A program made the translations under genes and the position numbers. DNA of 64,000 nt from Podarcis muralis. Lineage: Eukaryota. Positions 13,101-26,300 of this stretch are shown piece by piece (positions within the stretch are counted from its first letter, which is position 1; each line of letters starts with the position of its first letter). The notes under the pieces were generated by a model that was not told the origin of the DNA, made no database searches, and saw only the letters and a list, made by a program, of their open reading frames with translations. Location: NCBI RefSeq assembly GCF_964188315.1, contig NC_135666.1, positions 27,404,001 to 27,468,000 on the forward strand, in the 5' to 3' direction.

Positions 13101-14249
13101 AGTGAAAAGAAAACGTTTCCACCATTATAAGCCTTAAAATTCTATACTTTATAATAATGGCATCTCATGAGCTATCAACATGAAACCTGACATTACATGA
13201 TCGATGTGATAAGGTCTACAAAATTTCAAACTGATCCAATGAAAATTGTTGGATTTACAGTAAGTTTAAAAGTGCTGAAATGTACACTTTTATTGGTTTA
13301 AAGTTTTGGTTTGATGAAGTTCTGGGCAGCAATTCAAAGGTTATTAATGTTTACCTGCCCCATTGAAGTCAGAGGTAGCAATTACTGGTAAAATAACTGT
13401 CAAAATACTATGGCACATGCACATTTTACATTTTGGAGCAGAAATTTGCCTGGACTTCAGTGTCTGCACAGTGAGCCACCTAATGAATGCTATGTGCAGT
13501 TTGGCACAGTGGTTGGACAAACTTCTTGGGCTCAATGGCATGTACAATTTGTGATGTTACATAGCATCTTTACTGATCACAGGATACGTTTCTTAAGGCG
13601 TCTAGGGAGATTAAATTTGGAACTATTTAAAATGCAAGCATTAATGTTTTTCAATACCTGGTTAGACATTCAAGTCATTTAAGATGATACTGTGAAATAC
13701 GCCCCAGGGCCCACTTTCCAATACAGTGTCAAGAGACTGCATTTTCTATGTTTGTTCGATTTTAATAGTAGATGGGGTAATGATTTCATCAAGTTAGATA
13801 GTAGTGCAAGTTATACAGGAGGGTTGTTGACAAGGCTCTTGGGGTTATATCCCCTGTTGCAAACATATACTTTGCCTTCTAGAGCCTCCTTACATTGCTA
13901 GCAGCCTAACAATACACATACAGAAACTGTTTCTAAAAATGCTTCCCTTAGTATTGAAATAGGGTGTCATTTTTAAGCTTAAACCGTTACACAATTTCAA
14001 AGCAGACTTAAAGAAAAAAATAATTGCATACACTGCAGAAATGTCCAGTTTGTTGTATATCAGAATGAACTACATTCCCATGCCTGTCACAGATATAACT
14101 GCTGGATGTCATTCTAACAGCATGGCTCCATTCCTCCCCCCACTCCACCCCCAGCAGATTTCCATGTAGCCTTTTAATCTGTCTCTTGTCTTTGGGTGTT
14201 TACACTTGATGCATTTAACCCAATGTTGTAGATATTCTACATATAAGGG

Positions 14250-15230
14250 CTTCCTTTATCCACTTCAGTTCCTACATTCTTTTGCATCTGATACATGTTT
14301 TGACCACATCATATTTCTCAAAATATTTAAGCCCACAGAAAGCAATTGACATAATGAACTAAATTCTTCCATATACTTTTCTAGACTTATTGCTTTACAT
14401 TATACGTTTGGATTTCACAATTGAAACTTAATGTATGATTCAAAACAAATCACAATCCTTTTCGTACCAGGCAGCTCATACTGGTCAAGTCTTCCTCACT
14501 TTGGCTGGTTCTCATCTTGTTAGCCAACCATGTCTCTCATTGGAGACTTCTGACCCTCTTGTGTTTTTCCAATACTTTGAAATTTCTTGATACTATCTTG
14601 TTTTGACTAAATGTTGTTTTCGCTATGTTGTTACTAAAGACACTTCTTCATCCTAAACATGTTTACTATTTCTTACTTTCAGCTGTTCATAAATGGTTAT
14701 GCTTCCACTATCTTAACTCATACCAACTGTGTCATCATCTATGTCTATATAATTTCATGTTCTCAGTTTACCTCATTAGCTTACCCAAAGGCCTCACACT
14801 AACCCTTTCCCATAGCTAGTATTTTTTCAAGTATCATTTCTATAGAGTTCCTATCAAAGTAGGTTTCTGGAATCCTTTCTTCAAGTTTCCCCCCAATAAC
14901 ATGCATATGATGTATCACAAGTTAACAGCATTAGGCAGCATAGCAAGGATCTGTCATGTTGTTCTTGTTTCCCCTCAGCTCCTGGGAAAAGGAGTATGTA
15001 AGTAGTTTAATGCAGCTCTCACAAAACAACAATTGTGGTTTGCTGTCCAAAGTTGGCAGCTGCTCGTGGCATGGGAGCAAGGAGCTATGTGTACATCTCT
15101 GAAAGTGAGGTTGACTAAGGATTGGGAAGCCACATCCTCTACTTGAAAGGCTTTGCAATAAGAATTTCCTGATCTCTTTAGTTTTCTCCAGCATTTGTGT
15201 AGGTGGGCAAAGATTTTCTAGCTCCATGTG
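14250..15230 (-). mobile_element. Decayed L1-like ORF2 remnant (endonuclease end and linker)
   Basis: Minus-strand fragments such as LANKMRT and KYMEEF recall L1 ORF2 post-endonuclease motifs. A-rich coding-like composition with many stops and frameshifts. Confidence 0.35.
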
Positions 15231-15901
15231 GTATATGGATAATTGTGAAGTGTATTATATACCTATTATATAAGCTTATGTTCTGTTCCCATTGACAGTG
15301 AATAATATCTCTAAAGTTAAGTGTGAGAGGTTTTCATTCCATTTAATAGTGTGTGTATAGTTAGCGGCTCCAGTACTATAAGGATTTACCGTAATTATTT
15401 TAATTGCAATGAGCTATCCTATAAAACAACACAGTAACAAGTGAACATAAAAAGTGGGTCATAAAAATAATCTCTCCCCCCCACCCCACCCACAAGAAGT
15501 ATTTTGTGCTGTAGGAACCAACATATTGCATTCCTTTATGTTTTTTAAAAAATAAAATCTTCTCCCAACTCAGTATTACAGTCTTATTGAAAATGTAAGG
15601 TCTTAAAAGAATTCTTTCTTTTGGATAGAAAATAGAAGAAAATGATTATTTTTGGCTCCTATTTGGTATTACCTTTTTCAATCCAAAAATATTTCAGTAA
15701 AGTGCAAAAAAGGCTACCTGGGCTGTGGACAAATATTGATAATAAACAACAATTAAGGTTTCCTTATTTGAAAATAACTCTGGATTATGACATTCCCAGC
15801 TATGCTGGTTCTCTTAGATTTTCCTTCAACTTATCCTTAAATCCCTTACTGTCTTCATTTGCCACGTTAAAAGTTGGAAAAGCCTGTCTAATAGCTTTTC
15901 A

Positions 15902-15987
15902 AAAGTCACTCTAATAGCTAATATCCAGAGTTATATACAATAATAAAGTCACTCCAATAGCTAATAGCCAGAGTTATATACAATATT
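15902..15987. repeat. 43-bp tandem duplication
   Basis: AAAGTCACTCYAATAGCTAATAKCCAGAGTTATATACAATAWT at 15902-15944 and 15945-15987, with 3 mismatches. Confidence 0.9.
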
Positions 15988-17333
15988 ACTTTCCAGTGAT
16001 AATTTGCAGCAAAAGTATAGTTGTACATATAATTTAAGGACTCATACTTTTCAATGCCAGTGTAAGTGCTGTCATATGGCGGCCATCCTGGGACTGCACC
16101 ACTTAATAATTCAGTTTTTTAGCTTGCAGTGCTAAAATCTTCCCTGTCCATGTAGCATTCCAGACCTAGCCTGCTTCTTGATGTTCTGTTTGTGTTTAGG
16201 GAGGCCTCTTTGTATGGGAGAGCAAGCATTCAAACCTGCAGTTCACCCATCTGCATTCTGAAGGTGTAAAATGCCAGGAGGGCTGTCTCATATGCTTTTT
16301 GTAGATCAAGTCTTTGGATAGAGGAACACTTTCTTAAGGGCCTTTCTGCACCTGTATTTTAAAGAACTACCCAAGTTTTTTCATCACCATATATTTGCCA
16401 TTCATAATATAGTACTTTTGAGAAAACATGGGTTTTCAGAATGATCCATCTGAATTGTGCTCAATGACCTATCTTCCTCCTGCCTGGAGCTATGGGGTTG
16501 TGATGTGGCTGGTACAGTGGCTATAGACTCTTATCTGGCAGGTGCAAAAGGCGTTTGTACCCACTTCCCCCAACTGAGCAGTCACTTTTCCCCCCCTTTT
16601 CACTCAGTTGCACAAAAAACTTCATAGCTATGATAAATAGCCCTAAAAATGTAGTTAGGATGCAGATCCCCAACCGCAAGCTCTGTGAGAAGCATGAAGA
16701 ATCTAGGTACTAATCATGGAGGAGTAATTAAGAAAATGTAGGCATAGACCAAATTTGAAAAAATGCCACATACTGTTGAAGAAATACTGTATTAATGCCC
16801 TGTTGATAATTTTTATTATTGAGGCAAGTGCAGCCAGGAGTAAATAACTAGGATTAATAGCTTTTATTTCTTTAAGTTTCCGTGCATGTAATTCACTTGG
16901 GTATTTGAATAATAGAACAACAGGTAAAGCATACACTGAAATGCATTACATTCAGCACTAAGGTGAAAAATAATTGATTATGCAAAGTAGGCCTAGGTCC
17001 ATGTAAATATTTAGGGATTTTACTTATCAAATGCATGCTGGTGTCTCAATCTTTTGGCACTTTTTAGTAACTAGAGCATGTCAAAATGTAATAATTGTTT
17101 GCTTTTTATTTTAGTACTTTCCCCCTACTTCTAAAATATATTACCTCTGCAACTTTTGAGCTATTTCTCCAAACTAAATATCCCGTATTATTTCAAAACT
17201 AGAGTTCCTCATTTTTTACTAGGAAAAGGTCTGCAATGCCGGCCAGATAAAAAAATCATAGTGGAACACAAAACCGCTTTAATTGCCATTTATATAAGGC
17301 TGCATATTAAAATATCCAGGAAGGAATCTATTA

Positions 17334-17543
17334 CAGTGGTACCTCAGGTTACAGACTCCGCTAACCCAGAAATAGTGCTTCAGGTTAAGAACTTTGCTTC
17401 AGGATGAGAACAGAAATTGTGCTCCAGTGGCGTGGCGGCAGCAGGAGGCCCCATTACCTAAAGTGGTGCTTCAGGTTAAGAACAGTTTCAGGTTAAGAAC
17501 GGACCTCCGGAACGAATTAAGTTCTTAACCTGAGGTACCACTG
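17334..17543. mobile_element. Tc1/mariner (Tigger-like) MITE
   Basis: TIRs CAGTGGTACCTCAGGTTA / TAACCTGAGGTACCACTG with TA TSD (17332-17333, 17544-17545). Internal sequence is the reverse complement of 6995-7191. Confidence 0.92.
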
Positions 17544-17657
17544 TATATACCTTTTCATTTCTCCTCTGTTAATGAAAGGTGCCTTGTGCTCACGCTACAC
17601 CGCTGTACTCCTCTCTAAAACATATTTACTTAGATGACCACTTGCAAATCTACCTGT

Positions 17658-18445
17658 GTTTGGTGTGGAGAGAACAATCTGGCTCTTAATACGGCTAAGA
17701 CCAAGGAATTGGTGGTGGATTACAGGGGGAAAAAGGCGGACATTCAGCCCTTGTATATCAACGGGGAACGGGTGGAGAGGGTGGCGGAATTCAGGTTTTT
17801 GGGAGTAACTATCGATCAGGGCATGACTTGGAGCGCAAATACCACTGCTCTGGTGAAGAAGGCCCAGCAGAGAATTTATTTCCTCAGACTTTTAAAGAAG
17901 AACAATCTGAGTGAGAGACTGCTGGTGTTCTTCTACCGAGGCTCCATAGAGAGCATTCTTACATACTGTATTTGTGCTTGGTTCTCCAGTTGTACAGCTA
18001 GGGAGAGGAAGGTGCTCCAGAAGGTCATAACCACAGCCCAAAGGATTATTGGTCATCCTCTCCCATCTTTGGAAGAACTGTACGGTTCCCGTTGTCTTAG
18101 GAAAGCAAACAACATCCTGCAGGATTCATCTCACCCGGGACACAGTCTGTTTGCACTACTGCCTTCTGGCAGGAGATATAGAAACATCAAGTCAAGGACA
18201 AATAGACTGAAAAACAGTTTCTATCCAAGAGCTGTGGCCTTTTTGAATGCTGTAACTCGATAGTGTGACCTGGGAGTTTGATGGGTGTTGGTGTGGGTGT
18301 GGCTGGAATGTGGTTTGTTTGGTTGTTGTTGTTGTTTTGCTTTTGTTGTTTTTAAGGGATGGCATCCAATTTCGTTGCACTTGTGCAATGTTGCACTTGT
18401 GTAATGACAATAAAGAATCTATTCTATTCTATTCTATTCTATTCT
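17658..18445 (+). mobile_element. 5'-truncated Rex1/Babar LINE (RT C-terminus, 3' UTR and tail)
   Basis: Uninterrupted frame WCGENNLALNTAKTKELVVDYR...FRFLGVTI...KKAQQRIYFLRLLKK...RGSIESILTYC...LLPSGRRYR...TNRLKNSFYPRAV (stop 18261-18263), diagnostic of Rex1. AATAAA at 18409-18414 and an (ATTCT)n tail to 18445. Confidence 0.93.
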
Positions 18446-18460
18446 AAACAGCTTTCCTAG

Positions 18461-18736
18461 CAGAGGTGTAGTGGGGGGCAGGGGGGTCATGGCCTCAGGC
18501 ACACATTTTCGTGGGGGCGCAATCCGGCGCCCCAATGACAGGCATGGAGCCCTGGCAGCTGAGGCACGGCAGCAAGCACTTTTGTCTAGTGGGCAGGTGG
18601 ATGGACGCAGTGGGTGAGGAGCCTGTTGGAGGCGGGTTCCATTCACCCTCCATGCGGACTTCAGATGTGCCTCCATCCCAGCTGCCCAGTCCACCAGGGG
18701 GGCACAACATTTGCCCCAACCCACGCTACACCGCTA
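18461..18736. mobile_element. hAT-type MITE
   Basis: TIR-like ends CAGAGGTGTAGTGG / CCACGCTACACCGCTA. Perfect 8-bp TSD TTTCCTAG (18453-18460, 18737-18744). Confidence 0.88.
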
Positions 18737-18773
18737 TTTCCTAGGAAATAATGGGCTTTCATTAGGAAAATAT

Positions 18774-18975
18774 TATATCACAGTGATAGAGCACGTGTTC
18801 TGCATTAAGTAGGTTCCAGGTTCAATCACTACTGTCTCCTGGGGCTGGACAAATCTGTCTGAAACTCAGAGCCACAATCAGTCAGTGTAGAGCTAGATTT
18901 GTCTGTTAGAGAGCAGTGTAACTGTCTAACTGAGATTCTTGGAAGGAAAGGATAGTATATAAATGTAATAAATAG
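18774..18975 (+). mobile_element. Decayed tRNA-derived SINE
   Basis: CAGTGATAGAGCAC...GTTCCAGGTTCAATC (A/B-box relics), then CAGTCAGTGTAGA...GCTAGA as in the better copy at 33621. Confidence 0.5.
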
Positions 18976-19113
18976 CTAAATAGTTAATACAACCTCAATT
19001 TGGGAATTGACATAGCTGGTCCTTCTTCCTTATAGGCCTCCCTCTTTTTTGCCTCTGCTGCTGGGGGAATATTCTTTCCTACGGTTCTCCCAGCTCCTCC
19101 CTCTAACAGATAA

Positions 19114-19141
19114 AGGGAGGGAGGGAGGGAGGGAGGGAGGG
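19114..19141. repeat. (AGGG)7 microsatellite
   Basis: Read directly from the sequence. Confidence 0.95.
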
Positions 19142-19985
19142 AGAGAGTTCCCCAGGAAATAAGCTTACTGCAGTGTGCTACTTCTAACTACTAACTGCAA
19201 AGTCAAGAGATCACAATTTTTCCCAAACATGCCCTTGCAAAATAAGAAAAAGAAAAGCTATAACTTCCTTCAATTATTACCCACTGGAACTATCATAATC
19301 AGTCTTAGTAACTTTCTCCCCAGTATATTTTTTATTCAAAACTGAGCCTTACAAATTATCTCTATTTTAGTTTACGAACAGGAAGAATAGAAAAAAGTAA
19401 GCCCGAACCTGTTTGCTTAAAATTAAACTCCAATTGAAATGTGTCCATAGTAGCTTTCTATTAATTCCTAATAAACAATGGAGCTCAATAAAATGCACGC
19501 ATGGTTTAGCACAGGAACAGATTCCTTATAGCTATAAATCAAGCAGGAGTGGGTATTACCATCGCTAATACATCCATTAATTCAACCTCACTGTTAACGT
19601 TACTACAGCTACGAAGAAAAACTTGGCTAATAGGCAGCTGCCTGCAATGATCCTGGCCTGAGGAAAAATTGCAAAGTTGAGCTAACACTCCTTGTCTTAC
19701 TGAGCACAATAGCATTTACTTTTAAATCCAGAAACTAGAAAAATGTGAGAAACCAAGGCAATATGTTTATAGTGCATTCATTTGCAGTCTGCTGTGTATC
19801 AAAGCATATATGTACACAAATGTACAAACAGGAATAATCTAGGTGTGGGTATAATTCATGTTGCATATGCATAAGCAGGAGGGGGAGGGGAATTTATGAG
19901 AGGCTGGCCAGGTTTAATTTGTGTCTGCTTGTATTTAGCACTTAAAGTTTCTTACATTCAGTTTGCTCAGAAGCGTGATGAAGTG

Positions 19986-20141
19986 NNNNNNNNNNNNNNN
20001 NNNNNNNNNNNNNNNNNNNNNNNNNNNNNNNNNNNNNNNNNNNNNNNNNNNNNNNNNNNNNNNNNNNNNNNNNNNNNNNNNNNNNNNNNNNNNNNNNNNN
20101 NNNNNNNNNNNNNNNNNNNNNNNNNNNNNNNNNNNNNNNNN
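19986..20141. other. Assembly gap (156 N)
   Basis: Run of N. Confidence 1.
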
Positions 20142-21648
20142 GAATAAGATGATCTAATCAATTGGTCTGTGTCTGATGGTACGTGTAAAAATCCTACCAG
20201 GCAGAGCTGTCTCCCACAGGTCACTCACCTGCACAGCAGGATTGCTCATTTTCATTTTTCATCTCTTCCATCACATGATGCTGACAGTTGGTTTTAAGAA
20301 AATTGAATTTAAAAAAAGAAAGAAAGAAAGAAATCTGGTTCATAGGGCATGTGGGTCAGAATTAAGTTGCATTATGGGTATTGGTGATCCAGTTCATTAA
20401 CATGGGTAGCAGAATTTGTAGCATGAATTTGTTTGCCATATACATGGTTTTGTCAATAACATAAAATCTTTTTATTCTTGATTCACAAAAGATGATTTCA
20501 GTAAAAATGTAAGCAAGGAAAGAGTGCTTGTTCAATGCATTCGAGGGAGTGTTATCTATTGCCTAATATTATCAATGGAATTTACCAGTAATTGGGAACG
20601 GCACTTTGCATGCAGAGAAACAGGGCATCCTCTTCGTTATCGCTTCACTTTTAAAAAAACAACCCATGTGATTGGAGGAACCAGTATTCTAAAGTGGTAT
20701 CAAGCCAGCTGTGTGCATTGAGCCTTGAGTGTGTTCAGCATGCTAAGACACTGTGGGAGCCCTGCCCCATCCTTTTTCTCAGAATGTACCTCCAAATGGA
20801 CTGCCCTTAAAAGTCATGGTGTGTATGCAAAAAGAAGCTAGCATGCCCTAAGTATTTTTTTTAATTGGGACAAATATTCTGGAAATAGTGATATCTTACC
20901 CCATGCCTTTAACTATAATTAATATTTTAAATCAAAGCTTTGTCTCACTTCTGTTCTCAGACTAGCAGCAACAGTATTTTAAAGTTATTATTTGGCTTCT
21001 TTGTTCAAGTCAGAAATGGTTCTGATTTATGAGAGAAGCAGCTCTATATGGCACAGGATTTGTGGACAAGATGAAAACATGATTGTACTGATTCTTAAGC
21101 CCTTAAGTTGTATCCTAAGCATGCTCATTTTTTTCTGTAAATATACTGTGAAGAAATCAAACCTACCCACACAACCTTTTGCATTTCAAAATTAAAAGTG
21201 CATTTTTATGGCAGTATGTTGTTCTACGTCAAAGGGATTTTTGAGGATCTCTGAAAGCAAGCCTTCCTTTGCTCTTGGGAAATCAGAGGTAGCAAATACT
21301 GGATTTTGCAGCAGTTGCTGTTATAAGCAAAGATGTGACCGGAGGCCATATCACCATCTGCAAAGATTCTAAGAGAAACTTTGATTTTTCCTGATCTGAA
21401 GAAAAAAATAAAAATTAACTGGATTCTTTTCTAAAATAGCTTTAAAAATACTGCCATGAAACCAAGGACTGGTCTATAATGTAAGAACGGACATTGTGTC
21501 TATAACACTTATGCACTGAGTAAAACCCATTGTCTTGTCTCCTAGACTTTGTATTGGTTCATTCTCTCCCTCAGGCAAGTGGTTTCTCACTATTCTGGCA
21601 ATGCAAAATGTTGGAATTTTTTTTTAATGACACCATAAGAATAAAGCA

Positions 21649-21752
21649 CCAGATTTACTCAAGTATAATGCGCCATCAAATCTAATGCGCACCTTAATTT
21701 TCACAATGTAATTTAGCCAAAAAAGGTGAGCATTAGATTTGAGTAAATACGG
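21649..21752. mobile_element. Short Tc1/mariner-type MITE
   Basis: Left CCAGATTTACTCAAGTATAATGCG versus right GCATTAGATTTGAGTAAATACGG|TA. Confidence 0.65.
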
Positions 21753-22333
21753 TAATCAGTCTCCAACTCTATTTTCTGCTAGTTCTGCACACTAGCATCA
21801 GCAAATGCTTGTTTGAAAGGATGAAGTTTACCCATAGTGATTAAGAAACAGCTCTTCCCAACTTACTATTTCAATTCTATATACTTCATAAGGCACAAAT
21901 TAATTCTACTGAAGGTGGCATCAGTGACACCAACAGCACCCACTAAAAAATTTGTTAAGAGGAGTCAGTCAAACAGTTGAGCTAATCAGTCAGAAGGTAT
22001 TAGGAAGGTATAGGCCAGTAAGTAAACTAAAGTTAAGATATCTGAGAAACCATAAACTTGTTAATGTTTGTAAAATAAACTTGGGTTTTGTTTTTTTTTT
22101 GGTTCACTTTTAACAACTGACTGGACTCAGTGTTTTACCAGAGAGTAACTGGTTGGTGGCAGCGGGGAAGCGAGCACAGTGATGGCACAGGGATCAATAG
22201 ACCGTTAAACGTCCGGGGACCCTGTGTGATCGCCACAGTGGCGTCACCCAGAATCTCTGTCAGAAGCTGTTATTAGTCACTAGAACCCATAAGGTGCCCT
22301 GCATTTTCTGTGCATGGAAATAGTACTCTAAAG

Positions 22334-22572
22334 CAAGAGTGGAGAACCTTTTCCAACCCAAGGACTTCATTGCTTTCTGGGCAAATTTCCAGGAGCCACG
22401 TGCCAGTGGTGGGTGGTCTCAGGCAAAACTGGGTGAACCATTAGCCTAGGACACATTCTAGCCGGCCAAAATTATTAGAATGCAAGGCAAGTAGGAGGTG
22501 TGGCTGAAAAGGTGGTGTGGCCAGATAGAGAGCTCTGAAGGACCCATTCAAACCTGAGTTCCCCACTGCTTG
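22334..22572. mobile_element. hAT-type MITE
   Basis: CAAGAGTGGAGAACC...GTTCCCCACTGCTTG. Both flanks contain CTAAAG (partial TSD). Same family as 9838-10159. Confidence 0.6.
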
Positions 22573-22779
22573 CCTAAAGCATGTACAATCTAAACTCCAT
22601 TACTAAGTCATCACAGACACATACCCGCATACACAAATTGGGGTCTGGGATTCAGGGCAATTTCACTTGAGAGCAAATTTTGAAGGCCCAGCATACCTCT
22701 TTACATATTAGGTGCAAGCTTAATTAATTTTTTAAATTATTATTTAAATTCCTCATTCTTGGTAGTAGAGCTTCTATAA

Positions 22780-22990
22780 CTTCCATCTTATTTCATCATC
22801 CAACCATTCCTAGCGTTACATGATATTATATCTTTTATTCTAACAAGCCATCCTATGCAGGTTAGGTTTAAGGCTAAATTGCCTGCCCAAGAATATAGAG
22901 TGAGTTTCAAGACTGTTCATAGAACTCTGTTCTCCTCCCCAACATCTCACTCTAATGTGGACCCACATACCTGGCTCCAAATCTAGAGCT
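22780..22990 (-). mobile_element. MIR/CORE-type SINE relic
   Basis: ACAAGCCATCCTATGCAGGTTAGG...TGCCCAAG...GTGAGTTTCA matches a reversed CORE-SINE body. Confidence 0.35.
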
Positions 22991-23358
22991 GATGAAGGGA
23001 GGCTCACTTACAGGCCAGGGAGGTGGGTGTGTCTTTGTAATTTCAGAAGAGTCAGCCAATTGGCGATCAACACAGCCAGTTTCTGTTGCACAGCTCCTGA
23101 GTTCAGTTGTCTTAAGAAGAAGGGGTGGGTGTGGATCTGCTCAAGCAATGTATTTTAGTACACACCATTCAAGGAAAACATTTAAGAGTGCCTACAGTTC
23201 AAGCCTTTCCTTCAGAATAGCTTAATATTTGAAAAAGGGAACCCTATATTACCTTAAACCAAAATCAGTTTGCTGATACTTAAGCATTGTAACAAGTTAC
23301 TTTGTACTGTTATGTTCTTGGCCATGATCCTTATTGTACTCTCTGTTGGTTTTTATAG

Positions 23359-26300
23359 GAACTAAGATCACCAGACTGGAGGAGAACCAAAACCTAAAAA
23401 GAGAGCCAACACTATGAAGACACCATGGCCCTGCTTCCTTTCTCTCTCAGTGGTGGATTTCAGTCACAAGAAAAACAATGCTGGCAAGACCTTGTTCCCC
23501 TTCCCTCTCAGTTTATTTAAAACCTTGCACGCATTTTGATACCTTGTGATTTCAGAGACCTCTGTGAAGATTAAGCTTTTTTGCTTACTGATACATGGCA
23601 TGTTCTTTCCCCCCCAGCCTTTTGTGTTGAGTTTATCTGGTTTTTCCACAGCAGCACAAAACCCTTGTGAAGATATTTATGCTTTCACCAGCAATGTCTT
23701 ATTAAGACAACACATTTGGTGTTCACACTTCTTCAGTAATGTCTGTAGATAAAAGCCAGTCATGGCATGCCACAGTGTGTGTGTTCATCGAAATGTTCCA
23801 CATATTTTGCAAATTGTCAGAAGGATACTTTAAGCTAAAGCAGAGCTTTCCAAGTTGGTTGTAACACAATCAGTATCTTACAACTATGCCCATTTATTAC
23901 TGCTAGAGGACATCACGTTCCTTTCTTTAACCATGGCAATAAGTGCATCTTAGTCACCCTGAGTTTGGTTACTCTGCCTATGTTGCATAATTTGGCAGAT
24001 ATTAAAACAGACTTCCACTATATATATATATAGTACTGAGTACTTCAAATATTTGAGACCTATTTAGAATAAAGGGGTTTTGGGGTTCCACATTTACTTT
24101 TTCCTGTAGCTTAGTTCATAATATATTCTAAAAAGTAAAATAAAGAAGATGAAGGGGGGGAAATGAGTTTACATTAGGATAAGCACTATGGTATAGAATC
24201 TGTAGTTGCTGAATGAGCCATTAAAAAGCCTAGTTTTTAATAGTCATCCGAAATCCAAATATTTGTTCTTCCAAACCAAAGCATCTTTCCAGTTATTTTT
24301 ATAAGATGTTCAGATACGATTGGAAAATGCCTCTGTTACTGCATCTTCAAATGGGATTTTTCCCAATAATCATTCAAATTTCTAAAGATTAAAGTAACTA
24401 GGAATTGAAGGGATTTCTATTCTTGTTTTGAGGGAGGATGGAGCCTATGGGAATCTTACGGGCTGTAGCGGTTTCTGCCTACCATTCACCATCCCTAACA
24501 TGATTAATAACACTTGTATTCTAGGAGATGGGGAGTGGGCAATCCAAAAAAATAAATTTGACATGCTTACAGTGGGGATTTCTCATCCATTTATTCCAAC
24601 AAAGAAAGCTTATTTGCCTTTCTAGTAAATCAGCTGCTTAAAAACACGTCTATTTTTGTAACACGTCGATTGTAGCATCTAATGCTATGTTAGAAAAAAA
24701 GGAGAAAACAGGGATATAGGACCCATTCTGAACTTTCATTTTGTAAACGGATGTCTTGATATTGTTTGGAGTTGGCAAATTATTGATTTTGCAGAGGACT
24801 TGTTTTTAGCAAAAGGCAACAGTGGTAAATATTATTCTGTGATATTGATTCCAGTAGTTATACAATAAGTAAAATATGCACCTCCTAAACACCACCTAAA
24901 TACTACTACTAAAACTCAAACCCTAAATATCTCAAACTTTGTTTCTGTATCTGTGGAAACAAATAATCACAAAATAAAATAGAACACTTTGAACGTAACA
25001 CAGATGCCTTAACTATGACTTGCTTTGAGTTTCGTATTCAACCTTTTGTATGAATCTCCTTTTCCAAGTTAGGTCACATTTACTTGGATGTTTCAAGATG
25101 AGGGTTTCTTTTTAAAAAAAAAAAAAGTATCTGTGCTTGCAAAAATGTGAGGAATCTTTGAGTATGTAACAAAGGTTAAATTAGGAAAATGAGGGTAGAT
25201 CTTTAGGTGTAAATCTCTTGCTTTGGCAGCTTAAGGAGTGAGGGAGGCAATTACACTCCTTGTTGAGGCATCTGATGGTTTGATGTAGAGAGGAATTCTA
25301 CTGAAGAGCTCTCATCTGTGGTTTAAATGCCTAGCACCTTACTGTCCTCAATTAATCAAAAGCTCAGAGCTTCTGCTTAGGTTTTGTGAATGTGCGTATG
25401 TATGCTTTCAGTGCTTCCTCTATTTAAAATAGCCATTAATGCAACTGAACATATTGGCCTATAATATTTAGTTATCAGCTATCAAAGTCTGAGAGTCAGC
25501 CCCACTCCACGCATATCACTTCAATTACATGTTTTTGGAGTGATTTCCCATGGAGGATTACATACATAAAAACACTGCATGAAAACTGAAAATCTACACA
25601 CTCCCCAAGAAGGATTTGTGGTCAAAATACTACGTCATTCCTAGATATTCCTGTTATAATCTGGCTTTTCAATTCCAGTGTTAAATAGTTTTGACAGAGT
25701 CCCTATATTTAGCTTCTTAAAGAAGTTACTTTTTTGTTCAAGGTGCTGAGATTCCAACAGAATTCCATGTACTTCAAGCAACTAAATTTTAAACCAGCTT
25801 GAACTTTATAGTTGTATTGGGGTGGGGAGGTAATTGTCACTGCAGTGTAAGAGGAATACACATAAGGGTTGTGTGATGGGCTGATATTGTGCAGTATGAT
25901 CTGCTGTATCCACATCATCAGGCTGGCCAAGAGAAAAATCCAGTGCAGTATAGTTAACCCATGCAAGTCCTCAACAAAGAGAGTTGTAATTATAAAACCA
26001 TGCCCTCCCCCTTTTAGAGCATACTCCAACCCCAAAATATATTCCAATGTTCTATTTGTTTCTGCCAAGTCCCAAGGCTAGATAATTTTGTTCATAACTC
26101 CTTCTACGCCATTTTATCCCTCTAATGATTCTCTTAAGGGTCATTCAGGCAAAACCGCTAATTTCCAGAACTCTATTCTGGAGGTGTAAAGGCAATCCTG
26201 GAGAGCTTTGAACACTACATAACACAGGTTTTTAAATGTTACATCTACCTCCACCATCAGCTGCGCAAGCTTTCTCTGCATCTGAAGATTGTGCCCTTGA

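Noticed and set aside
18691-18705. CTCF-like CCACCAGGGGGGCAC in a MITE
   Set aside because: One extra G breaks the motif spacing.
1-23358. CDK14 coding exons
   Set aside because: I looked for the C-terminal peptides (e.g. SSIFTVPNVRLQPE...SNSKH and kinase motifs) in the ORF track and by eye and found none. They probably lie upstream of the window, though the 156-N gap cannot be inspected.
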